DNA of 32,000 nucleotides. Source: Corynebacterium glutamicum ATCC 13032. Lineage in GTDB: Bacteria > Actinomycetota > Actinomycetes > Mycobacteriales > Mycobacteriaceae. Both the position numbers and the translations under genes were made by a program. Position 1 is the first letter of the stretch; each line of letters opens with the position of its first letter. The stretch lies in NCBI RefSeq assembly GCF_000011325.1, contig NC_003450.3:2280001-2312000 (forward strand), written 5' to 3'. The notes below the pieces were generated by a model. That model ran no database searches. It had not been told where the DNA came from and saw nothing but the letters and a program-made list of their open reading frames with translations. Of this stretch, positions 1 through 9,520 are shown one piece after another.

Positions 1-216
1 TGGGTTCGCGCCGGCACCAAGACCACGGGTAGCTTCACGTCCGATATCGAGCTTTACGTCGGCATCAGAGAACATGAGAGCCTGCGAGTCGGTGTTCACC
101 GCGATGAACTCCACGCCTTTGAGGCCTTCTTCAATCATGCGGTTGACGGCGTTGACTCCGCCGCCGCCCACGCCGACGACCTTAATCTTGGCGAGGTAGT
201 TGTTCGGTGAGGTCAT
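1..216 (-). CDS. ftsZ: Cell division GTPase FtsZ, N-terminal 72 codons only (3' part lies beyond the window edge)
   Basis: Reverse complement of 1-216 reads [72 protein letters not shown]. This contains the tubulin/FtsZ GGGG nucleotide-binding loop. The ATG is at 214-216. Its position after ftsQ is as expected for a dcw cluster. It is not in the ORF track because it has no stop in the window. Confidence 0.95.
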   Translation of the reverse strand, partial: MTSPNNYLAKIKVVGVGGGGVNAVNRMIEEGLKGVEFIAVNTDSQALMFSDADVKLDIGREATRGLGAGANP

Positions 217-467
217 TGTCGATGTCTCGCCTTTCGAAGAGTTGATACTAAAAAAAATTTTGCTTTTATTTTCATCTCAGATAAGCAGTCAGCACTGTGA
301 GAGCTTATCTAAAAGTGTTAATCCGGCTGACATATATCTTGTGCGAAAAACACGTCAATGTGTCGGACATTTACAGCGGCGTGTCGCTACCCTCAACCTT
401 TACTTTAGGGTTGTTGAGGTGGGCAAACGCGTTGTGGAAACGGGTGAACCGGAACTACCCAGCCACT
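217..467 (-). promoter_or_regulatory. ftsQ-ftsZ intergenic region; presumed ftsZ promoter(s) and 5'UTR
   Basis: A 251 bp non-coding gap between the ftsQ stop (468) and the ftsZ ATG (216). It contains an AT-rich tract (250-275) and an 8 bp inverted repeat, AGATAAGC (279-286) / GCTTATCT (303-310). The plus-strand ORFs listed here (200-499, 297-488) have no support. No individual promoter was mapped. Confidence 0.4.
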
Positions 468-1136
468 TTAGCGGACTGTCACCATTGAGGGTGAGCTAAT
501 GTTCCAACGTTGGCCTTCCCGCTTCAAAACAGTCGACATTGCCACCGCTTTATCGTGGTTGTTTTCCGAGGATCCCCAGTAGATTTCCCGGCCATCATTC
601 ATTTTCAGCAAGATATCAAATTGATCCGGAGCTTCCACTACCTGGATACTTTCTGTCATCTGCGCATCTTGCGCTTTAATTGCGTTGATTACAGCAATAA
701 CCGCAGGAAGCACTTCTGAGTTTCCTTCATCCGCGCCAGAAACTTCTACTGTTCCCACCGGGGGTGTTCCAATGATAATTTCTTTACCCTCGGTGTCAAT
801 GACATGGTCACCATCAGCACGCTTGATGAACACTGCAGGCTCACGCTCTGTCAGCTCCACGGTGATGGTGCTTGGCAGGGCACGGTTAACGGTCACCGAT
901 TTCACCCAGGGCAATTCCACAATGTTTTGCCCTGCTGCAGTCGCATCGACGCGGAAGAGGTTTTCGCCCTCAACAATCCCGGAGACTTCCAGTACTTGAT
1001 CCGGATCTGTGCGCGTTGCACCGGTTACTTCAATGTTTCCCACCTTGAGGATGGGAACGAACCAGGCAACAACGCCCAGGATTGCCACGAGGACAACAAC
1101 CACACCCACAACAATGGCGATGACTTTTTTGTTCAC
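468..1136 (-). CDS. ftsQ: Cell division protein FtsQ/DivIB (single N-terminal TM helix plus POTRA-type periplasmic domain)
   Basis: A 222 aa ORF with a GTG start at 1134-1136. It has the N-terminal TM segment IAIVVGVVVVLVAILGVVAWFV followed by an extracytoplasmic domain. It sits between murC and ftsZ. Confidence 0.88.
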   Translation of the reverse strand: MNKKVIAIVVGVVVVLVAILGVVAWFVPILKVGNIEVTGATRTDPDQVLEVSGIVEGENLFRVDATAAGQNIVELPWVKSVTVNRALPSTITVELTEREPAVFIKRADGDHVIDTEGKEIIIGTPPVGTVEVSGADEGNSEVLPAVIAVINAIKAQDAQMTESIQVVEAPDQFDILLKMNDGREIYWGSSENNHDKAVAMSTVLKREGQRWNISSPSMVTVR

Positions 1137-1163
1137 GCTAGTCCTGCCTTGTTCACTTACGTC

Positions 1164-2624
1164 CTAATTGTTTTGCAGCTGATCCAGGATTTCTGGAGCA
1201 AGCATGGTCACGGAACCTGCACCCATGGTGAGCACGATGTCATTAGGTCCTGCGATTTCTGCAATGCGTTCTGGGACTGCAGAGAAATTAGGTTCGTACA
1301 CCACTGGAATGGTCATCGCATCGGTGATGATTTCCGAGGACACGCCATCCACCGGTTGTTCGCGCGCTCCGTAAATCTCAAGCACCACGGCAGCGTCTGC
1401 CAGTGACAGTGCCCCCGCGAACTCCTTTTGGAATTCTATGGTGCGTGAGTATAAATGTGGTTGGAACGCGACGATGACACGGCCCTTTCCAGCGGCCTTC
1501 ACCCGGGTGCGCGCAGCGCTGAGCACTGCAGTTACTTCCGTTGGGTGGTGTGCGTAATCATCATAAATAGCAGCGCCATTAAATTTGCCGCCCTCGATAG
1601 CACCGTGGAACTCAAAGCGGCGTCGCACGCCGGAGAAATCCGACAAGCCTTCAACAAGCTTGTCGACGTCCCCACCCACCAGGTATCCGGCCAGCAGGGC
1701 GGCTGCACCGTTGAGTACCATGTGATCACCAGGGATTTGAAGAATCACAGATACTTCCTGTCCATCGATGTTGATGGTGGCGCGGGTGCCTTCTGCGACA
1801 ACTTGGGAATCCACGATGGTAGCCATCGCTGGAACCTCAGGGTGTGCCTGTACGGCGTCAGCGGTACCGTAACCAACAGTCTTGATACCCTTGCGGACAG
1901 ACCTCTCCCCCAGCTCCGCTGCGTGAGGATCGTTCAGGCACACAACCAGCTTGCCGTTCGGGGTGATGCGTCCTGCGAAATCGTCGAACACTTGGAAGTA
2001 GGCTTCAGGGGTTTTAAAGAAGTCCAGGTGGTCTGGTTCCACATTGGTGACCACTGCAACATTTGGCTTGTAGCGCAGCAGCGATGCGTCAGATTCATCT
2101 GCTTCAGCGATAAAGACCTCACCAGTTCCATGGTGCGCATTGGTGCCAGCCTTGTTGAGCTGTCCGCCGATAGCAAAGCTTGGATCCATGCCCGCTGCCT
2201 GCATAGCTACCACAGACATAGAGGTGGTGGAGGTCTTACCGTGGGTACCCGCGATCAAGACCTGGGTGGAGCCTTCCAGCAATTCGCCCAACAGATCGGA
2301 GCGACGAATAACCGGAATGCCTTCTTCACGTGCACGAACAAGTTCCGGGTTGTCTTGCGGAATGGCGGCAAAAGAGGTCACCACGACGGTGGGAAGTTCG
2401 CCGGAAAGCTCAAGGTTTTCCGCAGCGTGTCCCACTGCGATGGTGGCTCCCACGGCGCGGAGTGGAAGCAAGGTGCGGGAATCTTTGGCATCGGAACCAG
2501 TGACTGTCTTACCGCGGGCAAGCAGGATTCGGGCAACGCCAGACATTCCGGCTCCGCCAATACCGATGAGGTGGACGCGGGACAGATCAATATCTTGTGC
2601 AGAATCCAAGTGTGGAGTGGTCAC
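1164..2624 (-). CDS. murC: UDP-N-acetylmuramate--L-alanine ligase MurC
   Basis: Mur ligase features: the GIGGAGMSG Rossmann loop and the [10 protein letters not shown]-loop. The maximal ORF runs to 2690 (508 aa) but would then overlap murG by 32 nt. GTG at 2622-2624 ([10 protein letters not shown]..., 486 aa), preceded by AAAGGA, is the more likely start. Confidence 0.93.
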   Translation of the reverse strand: MTTPHLDSAQDIDLSRVHLIGIGGAGMSGVARILLARGKTVTGSDAKDSRTLLPLRAVGATIAVGHAAENLELSGELPTVVVTSFAAIPQDNPELVRAREEGIPVIRRSDLLGELLEGSTQVLIAGTHGKTSTTSMSVVAMQAAGMDPSFAIGGQLNKAGTNAHHGTGEVFIAEADESDASLLRYKPNVAVVTNVEPDHLDFFKTPEAYFQVFDDFAGRITPNGKLVVCLNDPHAAELGERSVRKGIKTVGYGTADAVQAHPEVPAMATIVDSQVVAEGTRATINIDGQEVSVILQIPGDHMVLNGAAALLAGYLVGGDVDKLVEGLSDFSGVRRRFEFHGAIEGGKFNGAAIYDDYAHHPTEVTAVLSAARTRVKAAGKGRVIVAFQPHLYSRTIEFQKEFAGALSLADAAVVLEIYGAREQPVDGVSSEIITDAMTIPVVYEPNFSAVPERIAEIAGPNDIVLTMGAGSVTMLAPEILDQLQNN

Positions 2625-2658
2625 CTTTAAACTATTCCTTTGCGTTGAGCTGGTCGTT

Positions 2659-3777
2659 TTAGTTGTGTTGGCTATTGATAGTTGCAGCAATCATGTCTGC
2701 AATCACCGTGGAGGCGTTACCTGCGGTGGAGGTTTTAGCTGCGTCCGACATCGATTGGTGTGTGGAGGGATGAAGGAGAATGTCAAGGGTGGCGTCGATA
2801 AGCGTCTGGGCGGTGAAGTCCGCGTCGTCGATCTGGCGTGCGGCACCAGCTTTAATGACAGCCTGGGCGTTGAGAGCCTGCTCACCGTTGCCGTGAGGCA
2901 GCGGGACATAAATCGCGGGGACGCCGGCGGCGGTGACCTCTGCAACCGTCATCGCGCCGGAGCGGCACACGATAAGATCAGCAACGGTGTAGGCAGCCTG
3001 CATATCGTCGATAAACGGAACGGGATGGTAGCCGGGTTTCGCTGCAGGCAACTCGTTTTTCTTACCCACGGCGTGGAGCACCTGGAAACCTGCCTCCACC
3101 AGCTGATCTACAGCTTGCTCGACGGCCTTGTTGATACTCACAGAGCCCTGCGAACCACCGGTGACAAAAATGGTTTGGCGGTCCTTGTCCAAACCCCAAG
3201 TGTCCCTGGCTCGGTCAGCTGCGGACTCATCCCGCGCGCCACTTAAAACAGCACGAATCGGAATGCCCACCACGTCGCCGTCCATGCCGGAACCAGCAAC
3301 AGCATTAAGGCCAACGCCACCGAGCTTGACGCCCAATTTGTTGGCCATGCCTGCACGGGCGTTGGCTTCGTGGACAAAAAATGGCAAGCCCAAAGACTTC
3401 GCCGCCATATAAGCCGGAGCAGATACATAACCGCCAAAGCCGATGACCGCTTGAGCGTCTGTGTCCTTCAGTGCCTTGCGTGCTTGGCCTAATGCCTTAG
3501 CTACCCGGAATGGGAGCTTCAACAAATCCATATTGGGCTTGCGTGGGACTGGAACCGGCTCGATGAGATGAAGCTCAAACCCACGATCAGGCACCAGGGT
3601 TGTTTCCAAACCACGAGCAGTACCTAAAGCCGAAACTGTTGCACCGTGCTTATCGCGCAGCGCTTCAGCCACTGCCAACGCAGGCTCAATATGTCCTGCG
3701 GTACCGCCACCAGCAACGACAACCCGCATGGGTTTTGGGGAGTTAGCCATCTTTATTCGTAGTTCTCCTGATTTCAC
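2659..3777 (-). CDS. murG: UDP-N-acetylglucosamine--N-acetylmuramyl-(pentapeptide) pyrophosphoryl-undecaprenol GlcNAc transferase MurG
   Basis: The [14 protein letters not shown] glycine loop is typical of MurG (GT28), and the gene sits between ftsW and murC. The maximal ORF starts with GTG at 3777. ATG at 3750 (MANSPKP...) lies downstream of AGGAGA and is an alternative start. Confidence 0.93.
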   Translation of the reverse strand: MKSGELRIKMANSPKPMRVVVAGGGTAGHIEPALAVAEALRDKHGATVSALGTARGLETTLVPDRGFELHLIEPVPVPRKPNMDLLKLPFRVAKALGQARKALKDTDAQAVIGFGGYVSAPAYMAAKSLGLPFFVHEANARAGMANKLGVKLGGVGLNAVAGSGMDGDVVGIPIRAVLSGARDESAADRARDTWGLDKDRQTIFVTGGSQGSVSINKAVEQAVDQLVEAGFQVLHAVGKKNELPAAKPGYHPVPFIDDMQAAYTVADLIVCRSGAMTVAEVTAAGVPAIYVPLPHGNGEQALNAQAVIKAGAARQIDDADFTAQTLIDATLDILLHPSTHQSMSDAAKTSTAGNASTVIADMIAATINSQHN

Positions 3778-3779
3778 AT

Positions 3780-5432
3780 TTATCTGCGGTTGCGGTTGTC
3801 ACGCCAATCATCGCGCGACTCGGAACGGCGCTCGGTAGGCCTGCTTTGACGACTTCGATCAACGCTGCGATCGGCTGCGCGCCCACCAGTAGTTGATTGG
3901 CTACGCGCCGTACCTTCGTTGCTTCGACCGTTGTCCTGACCACTGCTTCGACCTTTGACGCTACCAGTCGAGCGTCGCGGAGCTTCCGATTGTACTCCAG
4001 CTCGCCCACTTCGTGGCGCCTGCGCTCGGCGTGCGGTCACAGGCTCGCCGAAGCGGTCCCGAGACTCTTTCTGAGGACTCGGCTTTTGTTTAGCGGCCTT
4101 GGTTTTGTTGGAACGCAAGGATGCATTACTGGTGGTCAAAGTACTTGAAGGCTCACGCAATCCCAGAAGTCGATCGATTGCGGGGCGTCCATAGGAAGCC
4201 ATCGCAGAAACTGTCTCTGGTTCGTGGCGTGCACAGCTAATGAGCAAGCCCATGGAAGCCAAGGTAATGATCGCGGAGGTACCACCGGCGGAAATCATGG
4301 GCAGCTGAATACCGGTAACTGGCAGCAGACCAACCACGTAGCCAATGTTGATGAACGCCTGCGACACCACGGATGCCGTCAAGGTTGCAGCCATCAAGCC
4401 CAAGAATGGATCGTGGCTCTTCTTGGCTGTGCGCAGACCGAAGTACAGCAGCCCCGCGAAAAGTGCGATGACCAGAGCGCCACCCCACAGCCCCAGCTCC
4501 TCACCAATGATGGCAAAGATGAAGTCATTTTTAGCTTCGGGCAGGTAGAACCACTTCGCCCTTGATTGGCCCAAACCAACTCCCAAGCCGGAACCATCTG
4601 CAAGAGAGAGGAAGCCCTGATAGGACTGGAAGGCAATGCCTCGCACATCGTGGAAATTGCCAAACAGCGCATCGAAATACACCTCGAATCGGCTTGAACG
4701 GAAGCCTCCGCCCAATGCCAGGACTGCGAGGGCTGCGATAATCAGTACGCCGGCAATCGCGATCCAACCCATGGCGATGCCCGCAAAAAACAGCATGAAC
4801 AATACAACCAGCACGAAAGACATCGCCATGCCGGCGTCGCCTTCCATGAAGATCAAAAACGCCATGAATGCACCGACGCCACCAAAACGCATCAAGTGAT
4901 TATTGAACCAGTGCTGCACAGGGCCCTTGCCTGCGAGGTAGTGCGCTCCCCACACGGCAATGGCCACTTTGGCGATCTCCGAAGGCTGAAACTGAATAGG
5001 TCCAAGAGCAATCCACGACTGCGACCCGACCTCTTCTTTACCTGTACCAATGCCAGGAATCTGCACGGCAAGCAGCAAGACAATAGACACAATCAATATC
5101 AGGTTGGATAGGTTTCTAATGGTTTGCGGGCGCGTCATCAACGCCACCCACATGGCAAAGAAACCCAACACGATCATGATGCCCTGGCGCACGGCAGTAC
5201 CCCACACGGAGCCACCTTCCCTCAACGACCATGTCATTGAGGAGGAATACACCATGACTACACCGAGGCACGACAAAATGACCACGATGCACAAGATCAT
5301 GATGTAGTCAGTTAAAGGGCGCGCGAGAAGATCATTCCATGCACCGGAAATACGCTCCCTAATTCCCAGCCCCGTTCTGGTTTTAGCGCCAGTGTTCGGA
5401 CGTGCGGGTTTTTTTGAGGCTCCGGTGGTCAT
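3780..5432 (-). CDS. ftsW: SEDS-family peptidoglycan polymerase / cell division protein FtsW, with a roughly 144 aa Arg/Ser-rich C-terminal tail
   Basis: A 550 aa polytopic membrane protein of the FtsW/RodA/SpoVE type, located between murD and murG. The murD stop is 2 nt upstream of its ATG. Confidence 0.92.
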   Translation of the reverse strand: MTTGASKKPARPNTGAKTRTGLGIRERISGAWNDLLARPLTDYIMILCIVVILSCLGVVMVYSSSMTWSLREGGSVWGTAVRQGIMIVLGFFAMWVALMTRPQTIRNLSNLILIVSIVLLLAVQIPGIGTGKEEVGSQSWIALGPIQFQPSEIAKVAIAVWGAHYLAGKGPVQHWFNNHLMRFGGVGAFMAFLIFMEGDAGMAMSFVLVVLFMLFFAGIAMGWIAIAGVLIIAALAVLALGGGFRSSRFEVYFDALFGNFHDVRGIAFQSYQGFLSLADGSGLGVGLGQSRAKWFYLPEAKNDFIFAIIGEELGLWGGALVIALFAGLLYFGLRTAKKSHDPFLGLMAATLTASVVSQAFINIGYVVGLLPVTGIQLPMISAGGTSAIITLASMGLLISCARHEPETVSAMASYGRPAIDRLLGLREPSSTLTTSNASLRSNKTKAAKQKPSPQKESRDRFGEPVTARRAQAPRSGRAGVQSEAPRRSTGSVKGRSSGQDNGRSNEGTARSQSTTGGRAADRSVDRSRQSRPTERRSESRDDWRDNRNRR

Positions 5433-5434
5433 GA

Positions 5435-6853
5435 TCAGCCTTTCTCTTCCGTTAATCCTTTGATTGTGCCAATGATGTTGTGTGCAAAGAGGTCGCCACG
5501 CTGGCCCATGCCTTTGAACATGTCCAAAGACGCAGCGGCAGGGGCAAGCAACACGGTATCGCCGGGTTCGCTGATGCTAAATGCCTCAGTGACGATTTCT
5601 TCCATTGCCTCAAATGGCTCCGTCTTGTCAGTGACAAATACAGAGGCCTGCGACGCGTGTTCCTTCAACGCTGCCACGATTTCAGCACGATCTGCGCCCA
5701 ACACCAATGCTGCCTTGATGCGCTGTTCGTGCTTTTTCACCAGTGGCGCAATGTCCGCGCCTTTGAGCTGTCCGCCGACAACCCAAATGACTGAATCATG
5801 CCCAGCTAGCGCAGAATCAGCAGCGTGGGGGTTGGTCGCCTTGGAGTTGTCAATGAAATGAACACCGTCATGCTCGGCGACGACCTGGCCACGGTGGCCT
5901 GCCACCTCAAAAGAATCCAACGCACGCGCGATCGCCTCAGGTGCCACGCCCTGCGAGCGCGCCACCGCAGCTGCAGCCAAAGCGTCCAAAACACCGGCAG
6001 GGCCGGCGGGATTAATGCCGTCAGCGGATGCAAGCACCACATTATTGCCGTAGGCATTATCGACGAGCTCCCCCGCTTTCACACCCAACTGGCCGGTTGC
6101 AGGCTCATTGACGGTAAATCCAATGAGACCACTCAAGTCTGCTTCAGAAGTCAGCTGCACCAAATAAGGATCGTCTGCCCCAATGATGGCGACCTTGCCC
6201 TTGAGCACTTCCATCTTGGCCAACGCATAATCACGCATGGAACCGTGCCAATCGATGTGATCCTCAGCCAAGTTGAGCACCACGCCAGCATCAGGGGTGA
6301 AGGTTGGAGACCAGTGCAATTGGAAACTAGACAGCTCTGCAACTAACACATCAATGCGGTTTTTCGCTACCAAAGCCTCAGACACCGGGATGCCGATATT
6401 GCCCACTGCCTTGGCAGTAAAACCGCCCTCATTCATCATCGCGGCGAGCATTGATGTGGTGGTGGTTTTACCGTTGGTGCCGGTGACTGCGAGCCACGTA
6501 TGTGGCTCGCCGAAAACACCTGCCTGGTCCAGGCGCCAAGCAAGCTCGACGTCACCGATAACCTCAAGGCCCTGGCGGTGGGCGTCGACAAGCAAAGTGC
6601 TTGTTGGGCGCCAGCCCGGGGAGGTGACCACAATGGAGAAAGAATCCAGCTGTTCCTGAGCCTGCGCGGTGCTGATATCTGCAACGTCTACTACTTCAAT
6701 GAGCATGTGACGTGCAGTTTCGTTATCGTCGGCGACCACAACATCGCAATGCAACTCACTGAGCATCTTTGCAATGGACAGGCCGGAAACACCAGCGCCG
6801 GCCACAAGAATACGGCCCTGCAGCGCCTGAGGTAAATGGGACAGAGAAACCAT
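5435..6853 (-). CDS. murD: UDP-N-acetylmuramoylalanine--D-glutamate ligase MurD
   Basis: A 472 aa ORF with the N-terminal VAGAGVSG Rossmann loop and the GTNGKTTTT P-loop. GGAGG lies upstream of the ATG. Its position in the dcw cluster fits. Confidence 0.95.
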   Translation of the reverse strand: MVSLSHLPQALQGRILVAGAGVSGLSIAKMLSELHCDVVVADDNETARHMLIEVVDVADISTAQAQEQLDSFSIVVTSPGWRPTSTLLVDAHRQGLEVIGDVELAWRLDQAGVFGEPHTWLAVTGTNGKTTTTSMLAAMMNEGGFTAKAVGNIGIPVSEALVAKNRIDVLVAELSSFQLHWSPTFTPDAGVVLNLAEDHIDWHGSMRDYALAKMEVLKGKVAIIGADDPYLVQLTSEADLSGLIGFTVNEPATGQLGVKAGELVDNAYGNNVVLASADGINPAGPAGVLDALAAAAVARSQGVAPEAIARALDSFEVAGHRGQVVAEHDGVHFIDNSKATNPHAADSALAGHDSVIWVVGGQLKGADIAPLVKKHEQRIKAALVLGADRAEIVAALKEHASQASVFVTDKTEPFEAMEEIVTEAFSISEPGDTVLLAPAAASLDMFKGMGQRGDLFAHNIIGTIKGLTEEKG

Positions 6854-6859
6854 AATTAT

Positions 6860-7960
6860 TTATACCTCCGCTAAGTGGAGCCAGTCGCTGTAAAACACAC
6901 CGACACCCGCCAACACAGCCATGATCGCGATCAGCCAGAAACGGATGGTCACGGTAGTTTCAGCCCACCCAAGGGCCTCGAAGTGGTGGTGGATCGGAGC
7001 CATTTTGAACACACGCTTACCGCGGGTCTTAAACACGCCGATCTGGATCGCAACAGAAGCGATCTCAATGACAAACAGCGCGCCGATGATAACCATGAGC
7101 AGCTCGGTGCGACTAACCACAGAAATACCTGCAACCAAACCGCCCAGTGCCAAAGAACCAGTATCGCCCATGAAGATCTTTGCCGGCGCCGCATTCCACC
7201 ACAGAAAGCCCAAGGTGGCGCCCAGACCAGCAGCACACAACACGGACAAATCCAGTGGATCACGCACCGTATAGCAACCCGCTTCCACTGCAGTATCGCA
7301 GGAGTTTCGGAACTGCCAGAACGTGATCAAGGTGTAAGCACCCATGACAAATGCTGTGGTACCTGCGGCCAAACCATCCAAACCGTCAGTGATGTTCACG
7401 GCATTCGACCACGCGCTGACCACAACGTAGATAAAGATGAGGAACACGATGATGCCAAAAACGCTGCCCCCGAAGCCAAGGTCAATGGTGTCGATATCGC
7501 GAATGAATGACAGGTGGGTTGATGCTGGGGTCAGACCGTTTTCATCGGGAAACTGCAGTACCAAAAAACCAAAGATCAACGCAATGGCCAGCTGAGACAC
7601 CAGCTTAGCGGTCTTGTTCAAACCAAGGTTTCGGTTCATGTACAGCTTGATGAAGTCATCGGCGAAACCAGTGGCACCAAGGCCCAAGGTCAGACCCAAC
7701 ACGAGCAAGCCGGAGACTGTGAATCCACCAACGCCTTGGATCATGGCCAAGATATTGGTAAACACATAGGCCACAACAATGCCCGCGATAATCGCAATGC
7801 CACCCATGGTTGGAGTGCCACGCTTACGCAAGTGAGACTGCAGGCCTTCTTCACGGATTTCCTGGCCCAACTGGCGGTTAGTGAAATAACGGATCAACAC
7901 CGGGGTGAGAAAGATTGAGACGAGGAACGCAACCGTTCCACTGACCATAATCTGTTGCAT
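6860..7960 (-). CDS. mraY: Phospho-N-acetylmuramoyl-pentapeptide transferase MraY
   Basis: A 366 aa polytopic membrane protein with the [13 protein letters not shown] and HHHFE motifs characteristic of MraY. Confidence 0.95.
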
Positions 7961-7966
7961 TGTTTT

Positions 7967-9511
7967 CTACTGTCCTTCCACGTTCCGACGAGAATCGTCG
8001 TTGACCGAGCCACCTGTGTTTTTGAGGCCCGGCACCATGCCATGTAGTGCTTCTGCGACCCTCCACAGGCGATCAGCATTTGAAGCCTTAACCAGCACTA
8101 CATCATCCCGCTTAATATGGCCTGCGAGCAACTCGAGCGCTGCATCAACGTCTGAAACTACGTGAGTACTCACACCCAGGCTCGCTGCGGACTCTGCAAG
8201 TGCTGCACAGTTAGGGTTCTCCCCCACTGCGACAAGTTCTTGAACATTGTATTTAGCCAGCTCAGCACCAAGTTCGGCATGGGCTTCCGAGGCGTCATCG
8301 CCAAGCTCACCCATTTGGCCAAGCACTGCCCAGCTTGTTGCTTCAGAACGACCACTAGCTGTGTACGCAAGAGCCGCGATACCTGCACGCATAGAATCAG
8401 GATTCGCGTTGTAAGAATCGTTGATGATGGTCACGCCGTCGGCACGGGTCTTTACATCCATGCGGTGCGCGGAAGCAGCTGAATGTGCTTCCAATCCAGC
8501 AACCACCAATTCTGGGGCGACGCCAGCTTCCATGGCAATGGCAGCAGCAGCAAGTGCATTAGCAACCTGGTGCTCACCAAAAACCTGCAGGGTGACCGGC
8601 CAAGAGCCGTCCTTCGTGTTCAGCGTAAAGCTTGCCCGCGCAACAGCGTCCAGTGAAATACTCGTTGCCCAATAATCAGACTTTTTTGCTTGGCCTGCAT
8701 CGGTGGTAAACCACACCACGCGCGCCTTAGTGCGTGGAGCCATCCGGGCGACAAAAGGATCGTCAGCGTTAAGGACTGCTACCCCACCCGTTTTCTTCGA
8801 GGGCAGCGCTTCAATGATCTCGCCTTTTGCCTGCGCGATATTCTCGCGGGATCCAAATTCACCCAGGTGCGCATGGCCGACGTTGAGCACAGCTGCAATC
8901 CGTGGCGGAGCAATCTCTGTCAGGTGCTTAATATGTCCAATGCCACGCGCGGACATCTCAGCCACCAAATACTTAGTATCGGTTGTGCAGCGGAGCGCGG
9001 TGTGTGGCAAACCAAGCTCATTGTTAAACGAGCCCGGAGGAGCCACAGTTGGCCCATCTTGGTCAAGAACCGTCGCGATGAAATCCTTCGTAGAAGTCTT
9101 TCCCGCAGAACCAGTAATAGCCACAACGTTCAATTGATGGCCAGCCACGCAGATATCCACCACGTGGCGAGCCAACCGAGACAACGCCTCCACTACCGCC
9201 GCGCCATGCCCATCTGGATCATGAGCATAAATGTCAGCATTGGATTCCTGGATTTTTACTGGAGGCACGACGATCGCAGGTACGTCAACCTCACGGGCTG
9301 CCAATACTGCAACCGCACCTTTCTCAATTGCAGTTGCAGCAAAATCATGGCCGTCTACACGAGCACCCGGAAGTGCTAAAAACAAGCCACCCGGTGTGAG
9401 GGATCGAGAATCAAACTCCACGCTGGAGCTCACAAGCGTATCTTCTTGAGCACCGCCAGTAAGCCTGCCTCCAACGATGTCAGCGATTTCCCCAAGGGTC
9501 ATTGTGATCAT
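7967..9511 (-). CDS. murF: UDP-N-acetylmuramoyl-tripeptide--D-alanyl-D-alanine ligase MurF
   Basis: A 514 aa Mur ligase with the GSAGKTSTK P-loop, located between murE and mraY. Confidence 0.93.
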   Translation of the reverse strand: MITMTLGEIADIVGGRLTGGAQEDTLVSSSVEFDSRSLTPGGLFLALPGARVDGHDFAATAIEKGAVAVLAAREVDVPAIVVPPVKIQESNADIYAHDPDGHGAAVVEALSRLARHVVDICVAGHQLNVVAITGSAGKTSTKDFIATVLDQDGPTVAPPGSFNNELGLPHTALRCTTDTKYLVAEMSARGIGHIKHLTEIAPPRIAAVLNVGHAHLGEFGSRENIAQAKGEIIEALPSKKTGGVAVLNADDPFVARMAPRTKARVVWFTTDAGQAKKSDYWATSISLDAVARASFTLNTKDGSWPVTLQVFGEHQVANALAAAAIAMEAGVAPELVVAGLEAHSAASAHRMDVKTRADGVTIINDSYNANPDSMRAGIAALAYTASGRSEATSWAVLGQMGELGDDASEAHAELGAELAKYNVQELVAVGENPNCAALAESAASLGVSTHVVSDVDAALELLAGHIKRDDVVLVKASNADRLWRVAEALHGMVPGLKNTGGSVNDDSRRNVEGQ

Positions 9512-9520
9512 GACTGTGGC

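Noticed and set aside
391-419. Inverted repeat CCTCAAC/GTTGAGG just downstream of the ftsQ stop, considered as a terminator
   Set aside because: No U-tract follows on the minus strand (it is followed by GTAGCG). ftsZ is known to be co-transcribed with upstream genes as well as from its own promoters, so I do not call it a terminator.
1455-3246. Large plus-strand ORFs (1455-2630, 391 aa; 2140-3246, 368 aa) opposite murC and murG
   Set aside because: These are antisense shadow ORFs inside genes with unmistakable Mur-family motifs. Their translations are Arg/Gly/Ser/Cys-rich with no recognisable domains, and no Shine-Dalgarno sequence is evident. This is typical of moderately GC-rich genomes.
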